Source: Pseudomonadota bacterium (GTDB lineage Bacteria; Pseudomonadota; Gammaproteobacteria; JAKAQQ01). Taken from it: a DNA stretch of 64,000 nucleotides. A program made the translations under genes and the position numbers. The stretch covers positions 57,671 to 121,670 of the forward strand of contig JAKCBQ010000002.1 in the NCBI GenBank assembly GCA_021839245.1, given 5' to 3'. The notes under the pieces are model-generated. The model had not been told where the DNA came from. It did no database searches and saw nothing but the letters and a program-made list of their open reading frames with translations. Shown piece after piece: positions 19,447 to 28,397 of this stretch. Position 1 is the first letter of the stretch. Each line of letters starts with the position of its first letter.

Positions 19447-19531
19447 TGGTGCCGAGAAGAGGACTCGAACCTCCACGGATTGCTCCACTGGTACCTGAAA
19501 CCAGCGCGTCTACCAGTTCCGCCATCTCGGC
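19447..19531 (-). tRNA. tRNA-Leu (anticodon CAG), encoded CCA
   Basis: The reverse complement reads GCCGAGATGGCGGAACTGGTAGACGCGCTGGTTTCAGGTACCAGTGGAGCAATCCGTGGAGGTTCGAGTCCTCTTCTCGGCACCA. It has a 7-bp acceptor stem GCCGAGA/TCTCGGC, anticodon loop TTCAGGT, a long variable arm and a GGTTCGAGTCC T-loop. It closely resembles E. coli tRNA-Leu(CAG). Confidence 0.95.
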
Positions 19532-19576
19532 ACGGTTGCTGGTTTAAGATAGCGATTTTAGGGGCCAGATAAAACG

Positions 19577-21808
19577 ATGTCAACAGGTCGGCGCCGGAGC
19601 TCGACGAATCAGAAGCGCGCGGGGCGCGGGCGGGAACCGCAGGAAGGTTCTCTCCGCTGGCCTCGCGACGACCCCGACCATGCCGAGGAAAAGCGGCGTT
19701 ACGAGAGGCCGATCCCCAGCCGGAGATTCCTCCAGGAGTGGTTCTTGGCACGGCAACAGCCGGCCGGCCTCGAGGAGATCGTCGCCGCCTGCGCCCTTGA
19801 TCCCGCGAAGGACGCCGAGCCGCTTCGCCGCCGCCTGACCGCCATGGTGAGTCAGGGCGTTCTGATTCTCAACCGTGCCGGGCTCTGGTGTCTTACCGAC
19901 CACCTTCCGTTCACGAGCGGCCTCGTGCAGGCGGCACGTGACGGTTTGGGCTACGTCCTCCCGCTGAACGGCGATCCCCCGATCACACTCGCGCCCGTCG
20001 AGATGGCGCGGGTGTTCGAAGGCGATCGCGTTCTGGTTCGCCCGCTCGAGCGGCCCGATGGGACCCGCATGGGTCAGATCGTCGAGATCCTCGAGCGGGC
20101 GCAGACCGTCTTTGCCGGCCGCTTCGTCCGCGAGCGTGGTGTGGCCCTGGTCCGTCCCATCCATCCCCGACTCACGCAGGACTTTCCCGTCGCCCCGGGC
20201 GAAGAACAGGGGGCGCGGGAGGGCGAGTATGTCCGCGCCGAGATCCTTCACGCCCCCGAGAGACCCGGCGAGGGGATCGTCCGTATCGTCGAGCGTTTCG
20301 GTGACGGCCGCGGCCCCGGGGCGCACACGAGTCTCGCGATCTCGACCTACGGTCTTCGTGACGGTTGGAGCGCCGAAGCGCTCGAGGAGGTCGCGGGGTT
20401 CGACGAACCTTCCGGCCGCTGCCCGGAGGGGCGACGCGATCTCGCGGAGTGGCCTCTCGTCACGATCGACGGGGCCGATGCCCGCGATTTCGACGACGCC
20501 GTCGCCGCCCGCCGCTTGCCCGGGGGCGGATGGAAACTTCTCGTCGCCATCGCGGACGTCTCGGCCTACGTGACCCCGGGGGGAGCGGTGGACCGCGAGG
20601 CCCGCGCGCGGACGACGTCCGTCTATTTCGTCGACCGGGTGCTCCCGATGCTCCCCGAGCGCCTCTCGAACGATCTTTGCTCGCTTCGTCCCGAGGTTCC
20701 GCGCTACTGCCTCTGGTGCGAGATGGACATCGACGGGGAGGGCGAGGTCAAGCGCAGCCGCTTTGGGCGTGGACTCATGCACTCGCGCGCCCGCCTCACC
20801 TACGACGAGGTGGCGGCGGCCTGCGAGGACCGTCATCTCTCGGCCCGCCGCGAGTTGGGCCCTCTCCTCGAGTCTCTCGAGGAGCTCTACGCGCTTTACG
20901 CCCGCCTTCGTCGCGCCCGCCATCGCCGCGGCGCTCTCGATTTCGAGAGCAGCGAGGTCAAGGTCCGTCTCGACCGCCAGGGGCGGGTGAGTGCGATCGA
21001 ACCCGTCATGCGGCGCGATGCCCACCGGCTGATCGAGGAGTGCATGATCGCGGCCAACGGGGAGGCGGCGCGTTTTCTCGAACACCGCCGGCTGCACGGG
21101 TTTTACCGCATCCACGAGCCGCCCCCCGCGGACCGTCTGGACGCGGTCCGTGAGAACCTCGCCGCTTTTGGTCTCCGTCTGGGAGGCGGCGAGGCCCCAC
21201 CCGTCACCGAGTATGCGCGGCTTCTCGAACGGGTGGCTTCCAAACCCGAGCGACGTCTGATCGAAATGCTCGTCCTGCGCTCACTCAACCGTGCGGTCTA
21301 CGACCCCCGCCCCCTGGGGCACTTCGGTTTGGGTCTGCGCCACTATACCCACTTCACGTCCCCGATCCGCCGCTACCCCGACCTCGTCGTGCACCGAGCG
21401 ATCGCCGGCTACATCGAGGAGAAGGACGAGGTCGAGACGGCCTCTTCGCTCCATGAGCTGGCCGTTCGCTGCTCGTTCCGCGAGCGCCTGGCCGATGAGG
21501 CGAGCCGCTTCGTGCTCCAGCGCTACATCCTCGCGCATCTCGAGAAGGAGATCGGCAGTGTTCACGCGGGTCTCGTGACCGGGGTCCTTCCCTTCGGTCT
21601 CTTCGTCGAGCTCGACGGGCTCTACGCCAACGGGCTCGTCCACGTCTCGTCGCTCCCGCCCGATTACTACCGGCACGACCCGCGCAGCCAGTCCCTGCAC
21701 GGCGAACATCACGGAGCCACCTTCCGGCTGGGAAGCCGCATGAAGGTTCGCATCGTGCGCATCGACGTCGACGAACTCAAGATGGATCTGGCCTGCGAAG
21801 AGGCCTGA
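19577..21808 (+). CDS. rnr: Ribonuclease R (3'-5' exoribonuclease, RNB + S1 domains)
   Basis: 743 aa. RNB catalytic region TIDGADARDFDDAV..VYFVDRVLPMLPE..HFGL..YTHFTSPIRRYPDL. C-terminal S1 domain. Confidence 0.92.
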   Translation: MSTGRRRSSTNQKRAGRGREPQEGSLRWPRDDPDHAEEKRRYERPIPSRRFLQEWFLARQQPAGLEEIVAACALDPAKDAEPLRRRLTAMVSQGVLILNRAGLWCLTDHLPFTSGLVQAARDGLGYVLPLNGDPPITLAPVEMARVFEGDRVLVRPLERPDGTRMGQIVEILERAQTVFAGRFVRERGVALVRPIHPRLTQDFPVAPGEEQGAREGEYVRAEILHAPERPGEGIVRIVERFGDGRGPGAHTSLAISTYGLRDGWSAEALEEVAGFDEPSGRCPEGRRDLAEWPLVTIDGADARDFDDAVAARRLPGGGWKLLVAIADVSAYVTPGGAVDREARARTTSVYFVDRVLPMLPERLSNDLCSLRPEVPRYCLWCEMDIDGEGEVKRSRFGRGLMHSRARLTYDEVAAACEDRHLSARRELGPLLESLEELYALYARLRRARHRRGALDFESSEVKVRLDRQGRVSAIEPVMRRDAHRLIEECMIAANGEAARFLEHRRLHGFYRIHEPPPADRLDAVRENLAAFGLRLGGGEAPPVTEYARLLERVASKPERRLIEMLVLRSLNRAVYDPRPLGHFGLGLRHYTHFTSPIRRYPDLVVHRAIAGYIEEKDEVETASSLHELAVRCSFRERLADEASRFVLQRYILAHLEKEIGSVHAGLVTGVLPFGLFVELDGLYANGLVHVSSLPPDYYRHDPRSQSLHGEHHGATFRLGSRMKVRIVRIDVDELKMDLACEEA

Positions 21809-22630
21809 ATGGCACGACCCGACCGTCCTTGCGACCGCGCTCTCGTCTACGGACGACACGCGGTGGCCTCCGCCCTCGCCTTTCCAGAGAGCGGGAGAGG
21901 GCTCCGTCTCTATCTCCTCGAAGGTCCACCCACGCCCTGGCGGCGGGAGATCGAGGCCCGGGCCCGTGCGTCCGGGATGACGGTCGAGTTCCGGCCACGG
22001 GCCGAGCTCGACCGCCTCGCCGGGGCCCGTCACCACCAGGGTTGTGTGCTTCTCGGGACGGGAGGAGAAGAGTCCGTTGGCCGTCGCCGGGTCGCTCTCG
22101 AGGATCTCGTGCCCGTGGAACCCGACGACGTTTCTTTGGTGCTCGTCCTCGACGGGCTCGAGGACCCGCGCAACTATGGGGCCTGCCTCCGGGCGGCCGC
22201 GGGCTTCGGCTGCGCCGCCGTCGTCGCCCCCGAGCGGCGGATGGCGCCCCTCTCCGCCGTGGCCCGCAAGGCGGCCGCCGGGAGCGAGCGGGAGCTCGAT
22301 CTGATCGAGGTGCCCAACGTCTCTTCCGCGCTTGGGCGGCTCAAAGAAGGCGGCTACTGGACGGTCGGCCTTGACCCGCACGCCTCGCTTCCGCTCGCCC
22401 GGTGTGATCTTCATGGTCCACGTGTCTTCGTCGTCGGCCAGGAGGGACAGGGTCTTCGCCGTCTCGTCCGCGAACGCTGCGACTTTCTCGCCACGATTCC
22501 GCTGGCCACGGGCGTCGAGAGTCTCAACGTGGCGGTGGCCACGGGCGTGGCGCTCTACGAATACCGCCGGCAGAACCACTCCGTGCCCGGCGCTCAGGAG
22601 GAGAGGGGGACCGACGACCCCCAGGCGTGA
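21809..22630 (+). CDS. rlmB: 23S rRNA (guanosine-2'-O)-methyltransferase RlmB (SpoU/TrmH family)
   Basis: Follows rnr immediately (TGA then ATG), as in many proteobacteria. SpoU motifs LVLDGLEDPRNYGACLR, VFVVGQEGQGL and ESLNVAVATGVALYE. Confidence 0.88.
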   Translation: MARPDRPCDRALVYGRHAVASALAFPESGRGLRLYLLEGPPTPWRREIEARARASGMTVEFRPRAELDRLAGARHHQGCVLLGTGGEESVGRRRVALEDLVPVEPDDVSLVLVLDGLEDPRNYGACLRAAAGFGCAAVVAPERRMAPLSAVARKAAAGSERELDLIEVPNVSSALGRLKEGGYWTVGLDPHASLPLARCDLHGPRVFVVGQEGQGLRRLVRERCDFLATIPLATGVESLNVAVATGVALYEYRRQNHSVPGAQEERGTDDPQA

Positions 22631-22756
22631 TCGCGAGATCACGGATGCCGCGAGGGATTTTTTCTTCTCGCCCCTCACCAGGCGTATGCCGCTGAACGGC
22701 CTGTCGGCCGGCACCGGCTCTCGAGGTTCGAGCCCGCGTCCGTGATCTCAGCGATC
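22629..22756. repeat. Long-range imperfect inverted repeat in the rlmB-dinG spacer
   Basis: GATCGCGAGATCACGGA (22629-22645) pairs with TCCGTGATCTCAGCGATC (22739-22756). This gives 17 paired bases with one bulged A, enclosing about 93 nt. Confidence 0.5.
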
Positions 22757-22797
22757 TCCTGGAGGATGGTGCAGGGACTTATACTTCACGCACTTGG

Positions 22798-24822
22798 ATG
22801 AGGCATCGGGTAGAGCGCGTCATGGCTCGTGCGGACGGCTACGGCGAACGGGTGCGCGGGGCGTTCGCGGACGACGGGCCGATCGCGCGCGGACACGACG
22901 ACTACCGTTCGCGGCCGCAGCAGGAAAAGCTCGCCCAAGCGATCGCCCGGGCGCTCGAGACGCGCGGGGAGACCCTCGTGGCCCACGCTCCCACGGGCAT
23001 CGGGAAGACTCTGGCGTATCTCGTCCCGGCGCTCGAGAGCGGCGGGCGGGTCATCGTCTCCACGGGGACGGTGCCGCTTCAGGACCAGATCGCGCACCGC
23101 GATCTTCCGCGTCTTCAGAAGCTTCTCGACCGCCCGCGCACGATCGCCGTCCTCAAGGGGCGGACCCACTATCTCTGCCGTTTCCGTCTTGGGCGTCTCC
23201 TCGAGACACCCGATCTTCCGGGCTTTTCGGGCGCGGAGGTGGAGCGTCTTGATCTTTGGGCCCGGCACAGCGAGGAGGGTGATCTCGACCGCTACCCCGA
23301 CTCCGGAGATCTCCCGTCTCTTCGTTCCCAGGTGGTGACGACCGCCGAGGCCTGCACCGGATCGGCTTGCCCCGCGTTTGCCGACTGCTTTGTCTACCGC
23401 GCCCGACGCCGGGCGCAAGAGGCGGACATCGTGGTGATCAACCACCATCTTCTGCTGACGGATCTCCTGCTCAAGCGGGAAGGGTTCGGGGCCCTCCTTC
23501 CCGAGGCCGACGCCTTCATCGTCGACGAAGCCCACCGTCTTGCGGATCTTTTGTTCACAGCGCTCGCCGAGAGCTACGGGGCGGGTCGACTCGAGGAGCT
23601 TCTGCACGATGCGCGGCGCGGGTTCGGACGCGCCCGAGCCCCGGAGCGCGGACGTGAGCTCGTCCTCCGCCTCGAGGACGCCCTCGGACAGCTGTTCCGG
23701 AACCGCTCGCACCGTTTCGAGACGCGGATCCTCCCCGAGGACCGCTCGCTCATGGGTACGCTCTCGTCACTCCTGGCCGAGATCGCGGATCTTCTCGATC
23801 GCACGACCCCAACCGTGGAAGAATCGGCGGAAGGAGCGTCTTTGCGGACACGCGCCCGGGCCGCATCCGATTTTTTCGCCCGCTGGCTCGACGCCGACGG
23901 CGAAGGGTCCGAGCGTGTCTCCGCGGAAGAACCCGCGGCCCGGGCGGAAGAGGCGTGGACGCGGGGGCTCGCCTGGGTCGAGGGAGAGGGGAGGCGCTCT
24001 GTCTTCCGTCTTCTCAGCGAAGATCCCCGTCGGACGTTCCGCGATCTCGTCCGTGCGACGGGCGCTTCCTGGGTCTTTCTTTCGGCCACGCTGGCCGTGG
24101 CGGGGCGGCTCGAACCCTTCACGCGCCAGATCGGGATCGAGGCCGACGAGGGCCTCGTCCTCGAGAGCCCCTTCGACTACGCCCGTCAGGGGCTCCTTTA
24201 TCTTCCCGAGCGGCTCCCCGCAGTCAACGCGCCCACCTATCCCGAAGCGTACCTCGAGCTCCTCGCCGATCTCGTTCGCGAGACCGACGGGGGCGCATTC
24301 CTCCTCTTCACGAGCCGCCAGGCCCTCCTCACCGCGGCGGAGGGGCTCCGAAACCACCTGGGCGCGAGCCGCCGGCTCCTCGTCCAGGGCACGGGCTCAC
24401 GCACGGGTCTTCTTGAGGAGTTTCGTCGTGACGGACGCGCGGTCCTGGTGGCCACGCAGACCTTCTGGGAGGGCGTCGATGTTCCCGGGGCGGCGCTCCG
24501 GCTCGTCGCCATCGACCGGCTTCCCTTTGCGTCGCCCGGGGATCCGCTGAGCCGCATCAAAGGGGAAGTCGCCCGCAGAGAAGGCGACGACCCCTTTCAG
24601 CGTTATGCCCTTCCTCAGGCTGTGGTGAGCCTCTGTCAAGGAGTCGGCCGACTCATCCGTCACGAGGACGACCGTGGACTCGTCGTTGTGGGCGACACAC
24701 GCCTGCGGACGGCGAGCTACCGGCGCGCCTTTCTCGAGAGCCTTCCGCCCTTCCGCCGGACCGGCGAACGCGCTGTGGTCCGCGCTTTCCTCGAGGCCCT
24801 CCGTGCGTCTTCTGGCGCTTGA
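22798..24822 (+). CDS. dinG: DinG/YoaA-family ATP-dependent DNA helicase (Fe-S, XPD-like)
   Basis: Motif I AHAPTGIGKTLAYLVPAL. DEAH box VDEAHRL. A Cys cluster (YLC.., CTGSACPAFADC) in the Fe-S domain position. C-terminal helicase motifs TQTFWEGVDVPG. The start could instead be ATG 22822. Confidence 0.85.
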   Translation: MRHRVERVMARADGYGERVRGAFADDGPIARGHDDYRSRPQQEKLAQAIARALETRGETLVAHAPTGIGKTLAYLVPALESGGRVIVSTGTVPLQDQIAHRDLPRLQKLLDRPRTIAVLKGRTHYLCRFRLGRLLETPDLPGFSGAEVERLDLWARHSEEGDLDRYPDSGDLPSLRSQVVTTAEACTGSACPAFADCFVYRARRRAQEADIVVINHHLLLTDLLLKREGFGALLPEADAFIVDEAHRLADLLFTALAESYGAGRLEELLHDARRGFGRARAPERGRELVLRLEDALGQLFRNRSHRFETRILPEDRSLMGTLSSLLAEIADLLDRTTPTVEESAEGASLRTRARAASDFFARWLDADGEGSERVSAEEPAARAEEAWTRGLAWVEGEGRRSVFRLLSEDPRRTFRDLVRATGASWVFLSATLAVAGRLEPFTRQIGIEADEGLVLESPFDYARQGLLYLPERLPAVNAPTYPEAYLELLADLVRETDGGAFLLFTSRQALLTAAEGLRNHLGASRRLLVQGTGSRTGLLEEFRRDGRAVLVATQTFWEGVDVPGAALRLVAIDRLPFASPGDPLSRIKGEVARREGDDPFQRYALPQAVVSLCQGVGRLIRHEDDRGLVVVGDTRLRTASYRRAFLESLPPFRRTGERAVVRAFLEALRASSGA

Positions 24823-25465
24823 GCAATCGGCGACCGGGGTTTCGGCCGCCGTGGCGGACGGGGAGGAGCGGCGCGAGCTCCGCGCCCCACGCGAGGGAGG
24901 CGGGGAGGCTCTCCTCGAGCTCGTCGATCGGCTTCTTGCCGGGGCCGGCTGGAGAGGCGAGGATCTCGACGCTCTCGCTTGTGGGATCGGACCCGGTCCG
25001 TACACCGGGGTGCGGGTGGTCCTCGGACTCGCGCAGGGATTCGCGCGGGCCTGGAATCGGCCGCTTTACGGCCTGACCTCCACCGAGGTGCTGGGCGAGC
25101 GGGTGCGTGCGGTGGCCGGTTCCACGCTTGCGGTCCTCGTGGCCCTCGAGGCCGGACTCGGCGAGGTCGCCCGGCTTTGGTCCCGGCCCGGCGGGGCTGC
25201 CCGGGCCGAGGATCATGCGCTCCTTGCGGCGGAGGAGCTTCGTGTCGAGGGGGCGGCGTATCCCGAAGCGTTCGCCGCGGCCGGAAGCGGGCTGGGTCCC
25301 GTGCGGCCTCCCGAGTGGGAACGCTGCCGCCTCTATCTTCCGGGCGAGGAAGCGACGGCGGCCGATTTCCTGCCGCTCCTCACCCCGGAGCGGCTCGCAG
25401 GGGCCTCTCCTCCTGAAGAGGTCGCCCCCCTCTATCTCCGCCCCGCGGTCCGTCCGAAGGACTGA
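24803..25465 (+). CDS. tsaB: tRNA t6A37 biosynthesis protein TsaB (YeaZ)
   Basis: ..LLALEQSATGVSAAV.. and ACGIGPGPYTGVRVVLGLAQGFA are TsaB hallmarks. Start placed at GTG 24803, overlapping the helicase end by 20 nt. The start is uncertain. Confidence 0.8.
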   Translation: MRLLALEQSATGVSAAVADGEERRELRAPREGGGEALLELVDRLLAGAGWRGEDLDALACGIGPGPYTGVRVVLGLAQGFARAWNRPLYGLTSTEVLGERVRAVAGSTLAVLVALEAGLGEVARLWSRPGGAARAEDHALLAAEELRVEGAAYPEAFAAAGSGLGPVRPPEWERCRLYLPGEEATAADFLPLLTPERLAGASPPEEVAPLYLRPAVRPKD

Positions 25466-25471
25466 CCGAGT

Positions 25472-25505
25472 GCGTCATCTTCGTGTCATACTTACAGTCT
25501 AGGAT
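25472..25505 (+). promoter_or_regulatory. Pho box plus -10 element upstream of phoB
   Basis: GCGTCAT-cttc-GTGTCAT (25472-25489) is two 7-mers in 11-bp register resembling the CTGTCAT-N4-CTGTCAT consensus. A third degenerate unit follows. TAGGAT at 25500-25505 lies 10 nt downstream, the classical Pho-promoter geometry. Confidence 0.6.
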
Positions 25506-25538
25506 CCTGCCCGTGCCGCCGTGCCAGGAGTATCCGCC

Positions 25539-26261
25539 GTGGAGACCCCCGGTTCCCAACCGACCGTGCTCGTGGTGGAAGACGACGCCGGTGTTCGCAC
25601 GCTGCTCGTCGCCACGCTGAATGACGCCGGCCTCACGGTGCGTGAGGCGGCCGACGTGCGCGCCGCCGAGTTCTCGTTGGCCTCTGGTGTGCCGGATCTC
25701 TTCGTGATCGACTGGATGCTGCCCGGCACGAGCGGGCTCGAGTACGTGCGTGAACTCCGTCGGCGTGAGCTCACGCGGCTCACACCCGTCCTCATGCTGA
25801 CCGCCCGAGACGAGGAGGAATCCAAGATTCGCGGCCTCGAGAGCGGCGCCGACGATTACGTCACCAAACCTTTCTCACCCCGCGAACTCCAGGCGCGGGT
25901 CGCGGCGCTCCTCCGCCGCGCGAACGGCACGGACACCGAGGGGGTGCTCCACTGTGGTCCGCTGCGTCTCGATCTCCACGCCTGTGAGGTGCACGTCGGC
26001 GACGCGCCGGTCCGCCTCGGTCCGACCGAGTTTCGGCTTCTCCGGCTCCTTCTACGCCACAACGGCCGAGTGCTCAGCCGGAGCCAGATTCTCGACCAGC
26101 TCTGGGGCGTCGGCCGGGCGATCGACGAGCGGACGGTGGACGTCCACGTCGGGCGGTTGAGACGCGCGCTCGAGCCGCACGGATTCCACCGTCGTCTCGA
26201 GACCGTGCGCGGGACGGGATACCGCATCCGTCCGCCCGCGGCGGACGAGGCGGGTCCGTGA
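25539..26261 (+). CDS. phoB: Phosphate regulon response regulator PhoB (OmpR family)
   Basis: Receiver domain VLVVEDDAGVR..DLFVIDWMLPG. Winged-helix output domain ..TVDVHVGRLRRAL..VRGTGYR. GTG at 25539 has AGGAG 8 nt upstream (the ORF track start at 25521 is less likely). Adjacent to phoR and phoU. Confidence 0.88.
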   Translation: METPGSQPTVLVVEDDAGVRTLLVATLNDAGLTVREAADVRAAEFSLASGVPDLFVIDWMLPGTSGLEYVRELRRRELTRLTPVLMLTARDEEESKIRGLESGADDYVTKPFSPRELQARVAALLRRANGTDTEGVLHCGPLRLDLHACEVHVGDAPVRLGPTEFRLLRLLLRHNGRVLSRSQILDQLWGVGRAIDERTVDVHVGRLRRALEPHGFHRRLETVRGTGYRIRPPAADEAGP

Positions 26262-27580
26262 GCCGCCTCGCGCGGGAGATCCTCACCGCCCTCGTCGTCC
26301 TCGCCTTGGGTGCGGGCGTTGGCTGGTTCCTTGGGGCGCCTCTCGTCGGCCTTCTCGCCGCCGCCTTTCTCCTTTTGCTGCGCCTGTGGGTGGCGCTCGC
26401 GCGCGCCTCGGCCGTCCTCAAGGGCGGGCGGAGCCTGCCCTCTGGAGCGGGCCCGTGGGCCCCCTTCGCCGGCGAGATCCTCCGACTGCGCGCGGGGAGC
26501 GACGAGGCCCCAGCGGGCGGGGGGGCGCTCGCCGTCCCGGCGCTCCGCCGGCTTCTCGAGATGTTCCCCGATGCGGTCGTCGCCCTCGACGAAGACTCGC
26601 GCATCGTCGCCTTGAACGAAGGGGCCGGACGCTTGCTCCATCTCGATCTCGAGGAGGACCGCGGGCAGCGCATCGATCTTCTCGTCCGTCACCCGGATTT
26701 TCTTCGCCGTCTCCACGAACCGGCGGATGGGACACCGGTCGAGTTTCACCCCGGCGGGGCGGAGGACGCTCCGATCCGGGCCTGGATCCTCCCGCTCGAC
26801 GGTGCACACCGCCTGCTGCTCCTCCGCCCCCTCCGCGAGGAGCGTCGGCAGGAAGAGCAGGGGAGGCTCTTTCTTTCGAACGCCTCCCATGAGCTCCGGA
26901 CACCCGTGACGGTGCTCATGGGGCATCTCGAACTCCTGCGCGACCAGCCTGCGCTCGCTGCGAGCCTTCGTCCCTCGGTCGAGATCATGCACCGCGAGAG
27001 CGTGCGCATGAACCATCTTCTCCGCAACCTTCTCGAACTCCTCCGCCTCGATGCCGAGCTCGTGCGCCCGCGGCCCCCGACGCCGGTGGCGGTTGATGCC
27101 CTTCTCGAAACCCTCGTCGAGCGTTCCCGCGGTCGCGGACGCCTCGTCGTCGACGGCGGAGGAACGACGGATCGGATCCTCGGTCAGGAATTCGAGCTCG
27201 TCACCGCGTTCTGGAATCTCGTCGACAACGCCCTCAAGTTCGGCGGTGCGGCGGGCGAGGTGCGCGTGGCCTGGTCGGACGACGGGGAGGGCGGATGTTT
27301 CGCGGTCTCGGACGAGGGCCCCGGCATCGACCCCGTCGATCTCCCACGCCTCGGCGAGCGTTTCTATCGCGCGGCGGGCGCCCGCGCCGCGGGCGTCGAG
27401 GGTTCGGGTCTCGGTCTCGCGATCGTCGAGGCCGTTCTGGCCCGCCACGGTGCGTCGCTGCGCATCGAGAGCACGCCCGGACGCGGAACGTGTGTGCGCT
27501 GTCTCTTTCCCGCCGCCGCTCTTGTGCGTGATGCCGCGTCGCACGCGCACGGGGTTCCGCGGGGCGAGGGCGTGCTATGA
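26258..27580 (+). CDS. phoR: Phosphate regulon sensor histidine kinase PhoR
   Basis: N-terminal TM region, a PAS-like segment, H-box SNASHELRTPVTVLMGHLELL, and N/G boxes DNALKF and GSGLGLAIV. GTGA overlap with phoB. Confidence 0.85.
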   Translation: MSRLAREILTALVVLALGAGVGWFLGAPLVGLLAAAFLLLLRLWVALARASAVLKGGRSLPSGAGPWAPFAGEILRLRAGSDEAPAGGGALAVPALRRLLEMFPDAVVALDEDSRIVALNEGAGRLLHLDLEEDRGQRIDLLVRHPDFLRRLHEPADGTPVEFHPGGAEDAPIRAWILPLDGAHRLLLLRPLREERRQEEQGRLFLSNASHELRTPVTVLMGHLELLRDQPALAASLRPSVEIMHRESVRMNHLLRNLLELLRLDAELVRPRPPTPVAVDALLETLVERSRGRGRLVVDGGGTTDRILGQEFELVTAFWNLVDNALKFGGAAGEVRVAWSDDGEGGCFAVSDEGPGIDPVDLPRLGERFYRAAGARAAGVEGSGLGLAIVEAVLARHGASLRIESTPGRGTCVRCLFPAAALVRDAASHAHGVPRGEGVL

Positions 27581-27617
27581 TGCCCCACGGGGTCAAAACG
27601 CGAGGACACCAGCGGAG

Positions 27618-28397
27618 GTGAGTGAGACACACGTGGCTGAGCGTGACGATGGGGCCGCCCGGCCGGTCGTCGCCGAGAGCACCCTCTACGTCGAGCGGGC
27701 GACGACGCCTCAAGCCGTGCGCGAGGCGCAGCGCCTGCGCTGGCAGGTCTTCGCCAAAGAAATGGGGGCACGGATCCACAGCCCCGAGCACGGCTACGAC
27801 ATCGACGCCTACGACGACTATTGTGTCCACATCCTGGTCCGCGACCGGATCACCGGCAGCGTCGTGGCCTGTGCCCGCATTCTCTACGACGACGTTGCCC
27901 GTGCGCACCAGGGCTTTTATTCAGAGAGCGAATTCGATCTTGGGCCCATCCTGCGCGCGCCCGGGCGGACGATGGAAATGGGGCGGACGTGCGTGCACGC
28001 CGACTACCGGCGCACGGTCACCATCGGTCTCCTCTGGACGGGCGTGGCCCGGTTCACCGACTTCCGGAACTTCAACCGCATCATCGGCTGTGCCAGCATC
28101 CCGCTCGAAGGCGCGGGTCACGCCGAGGCGTGGGCGGCCTACGACTATCTGGCCCGCCGTTGCGCCGCGCCGAACGAGTTCCGCGCGCAGACACGAAAAC
28201 CCCTTCCGCGGCCGGCGGTTCCGGAGGTTGAGCCGCGTATCCCTCCGCTCCTCATGGCGTACATCCGTTACGGGGCCCTGCTTTGCAGCGAGCCCTACTG
28301 GGACGAAGATTTCGCGACGGCCGATCTCCTGATGATGCTTCCGGCCGAGAACGTGGGGCCGCGCTATCTACGGAGGTACGTCGGGACCACGCCATGA
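27618..28397 (+). CDS. olsB: OlsB-type GNAT N-acyltransferase (ornithine/aminolipid synthesis, first step)
   Basis: About 259 aa. Motifs AQRLRWQVFAKEMGA..DAYDDYCVHILVRD..VVACARIL..FYSESEFDL..MEMGRTCVHADYR..LMAYIRYGA are typical of OlsB / hemolysin-like acyl-ACP-dependent N-acyltransferases. Followed by an overlapping PlsC-type acyltransferase. The start is ambiguous between GTG 27618 and GTG 27633. Confidence 0.7.
   Translation: MSETHVAERDDGAARPVVAESTLYVERATTPQAVREAQRLRWQVFAKEMGARIHSPEHGYDIDAYDDYCVHILVRDRITGSVVACARILYDDVARAHQGFYSESEFDLGPILRAPGRTMEMGRTCVHADYRRTVTIGLLWTGVARFTDFRNFNRIIGCASIPLEGAGHAEAWAAYDYLARRCAAPNEFRAQTRKPLPRPAVPEVEPRIPPLLMAYIRYGALLCSEPYWDEDFATADLLMMLPAENVGPRYLRRYVGTTP

Noticed and set aside
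19343-19525. A 60-aa minus-strand ORF (MAELVDALVSGTSGAIRGG..).
   Set aside because: It is simply a translation of the tRNA-Leu(CAG) gene body and its downstream flank.
22700-22745. A GGTTCGAGCCC element suggesting a tRNA T-arm or a tRNA fragment (possible att site) between rlmB and the helicase.
   Set aside because: I could not build an acceptor stem, D-arm or anticodon arm around it. The flanking bases do not form a 5-bp T-stem. It is kept only as part of the inverted-repeat observation.
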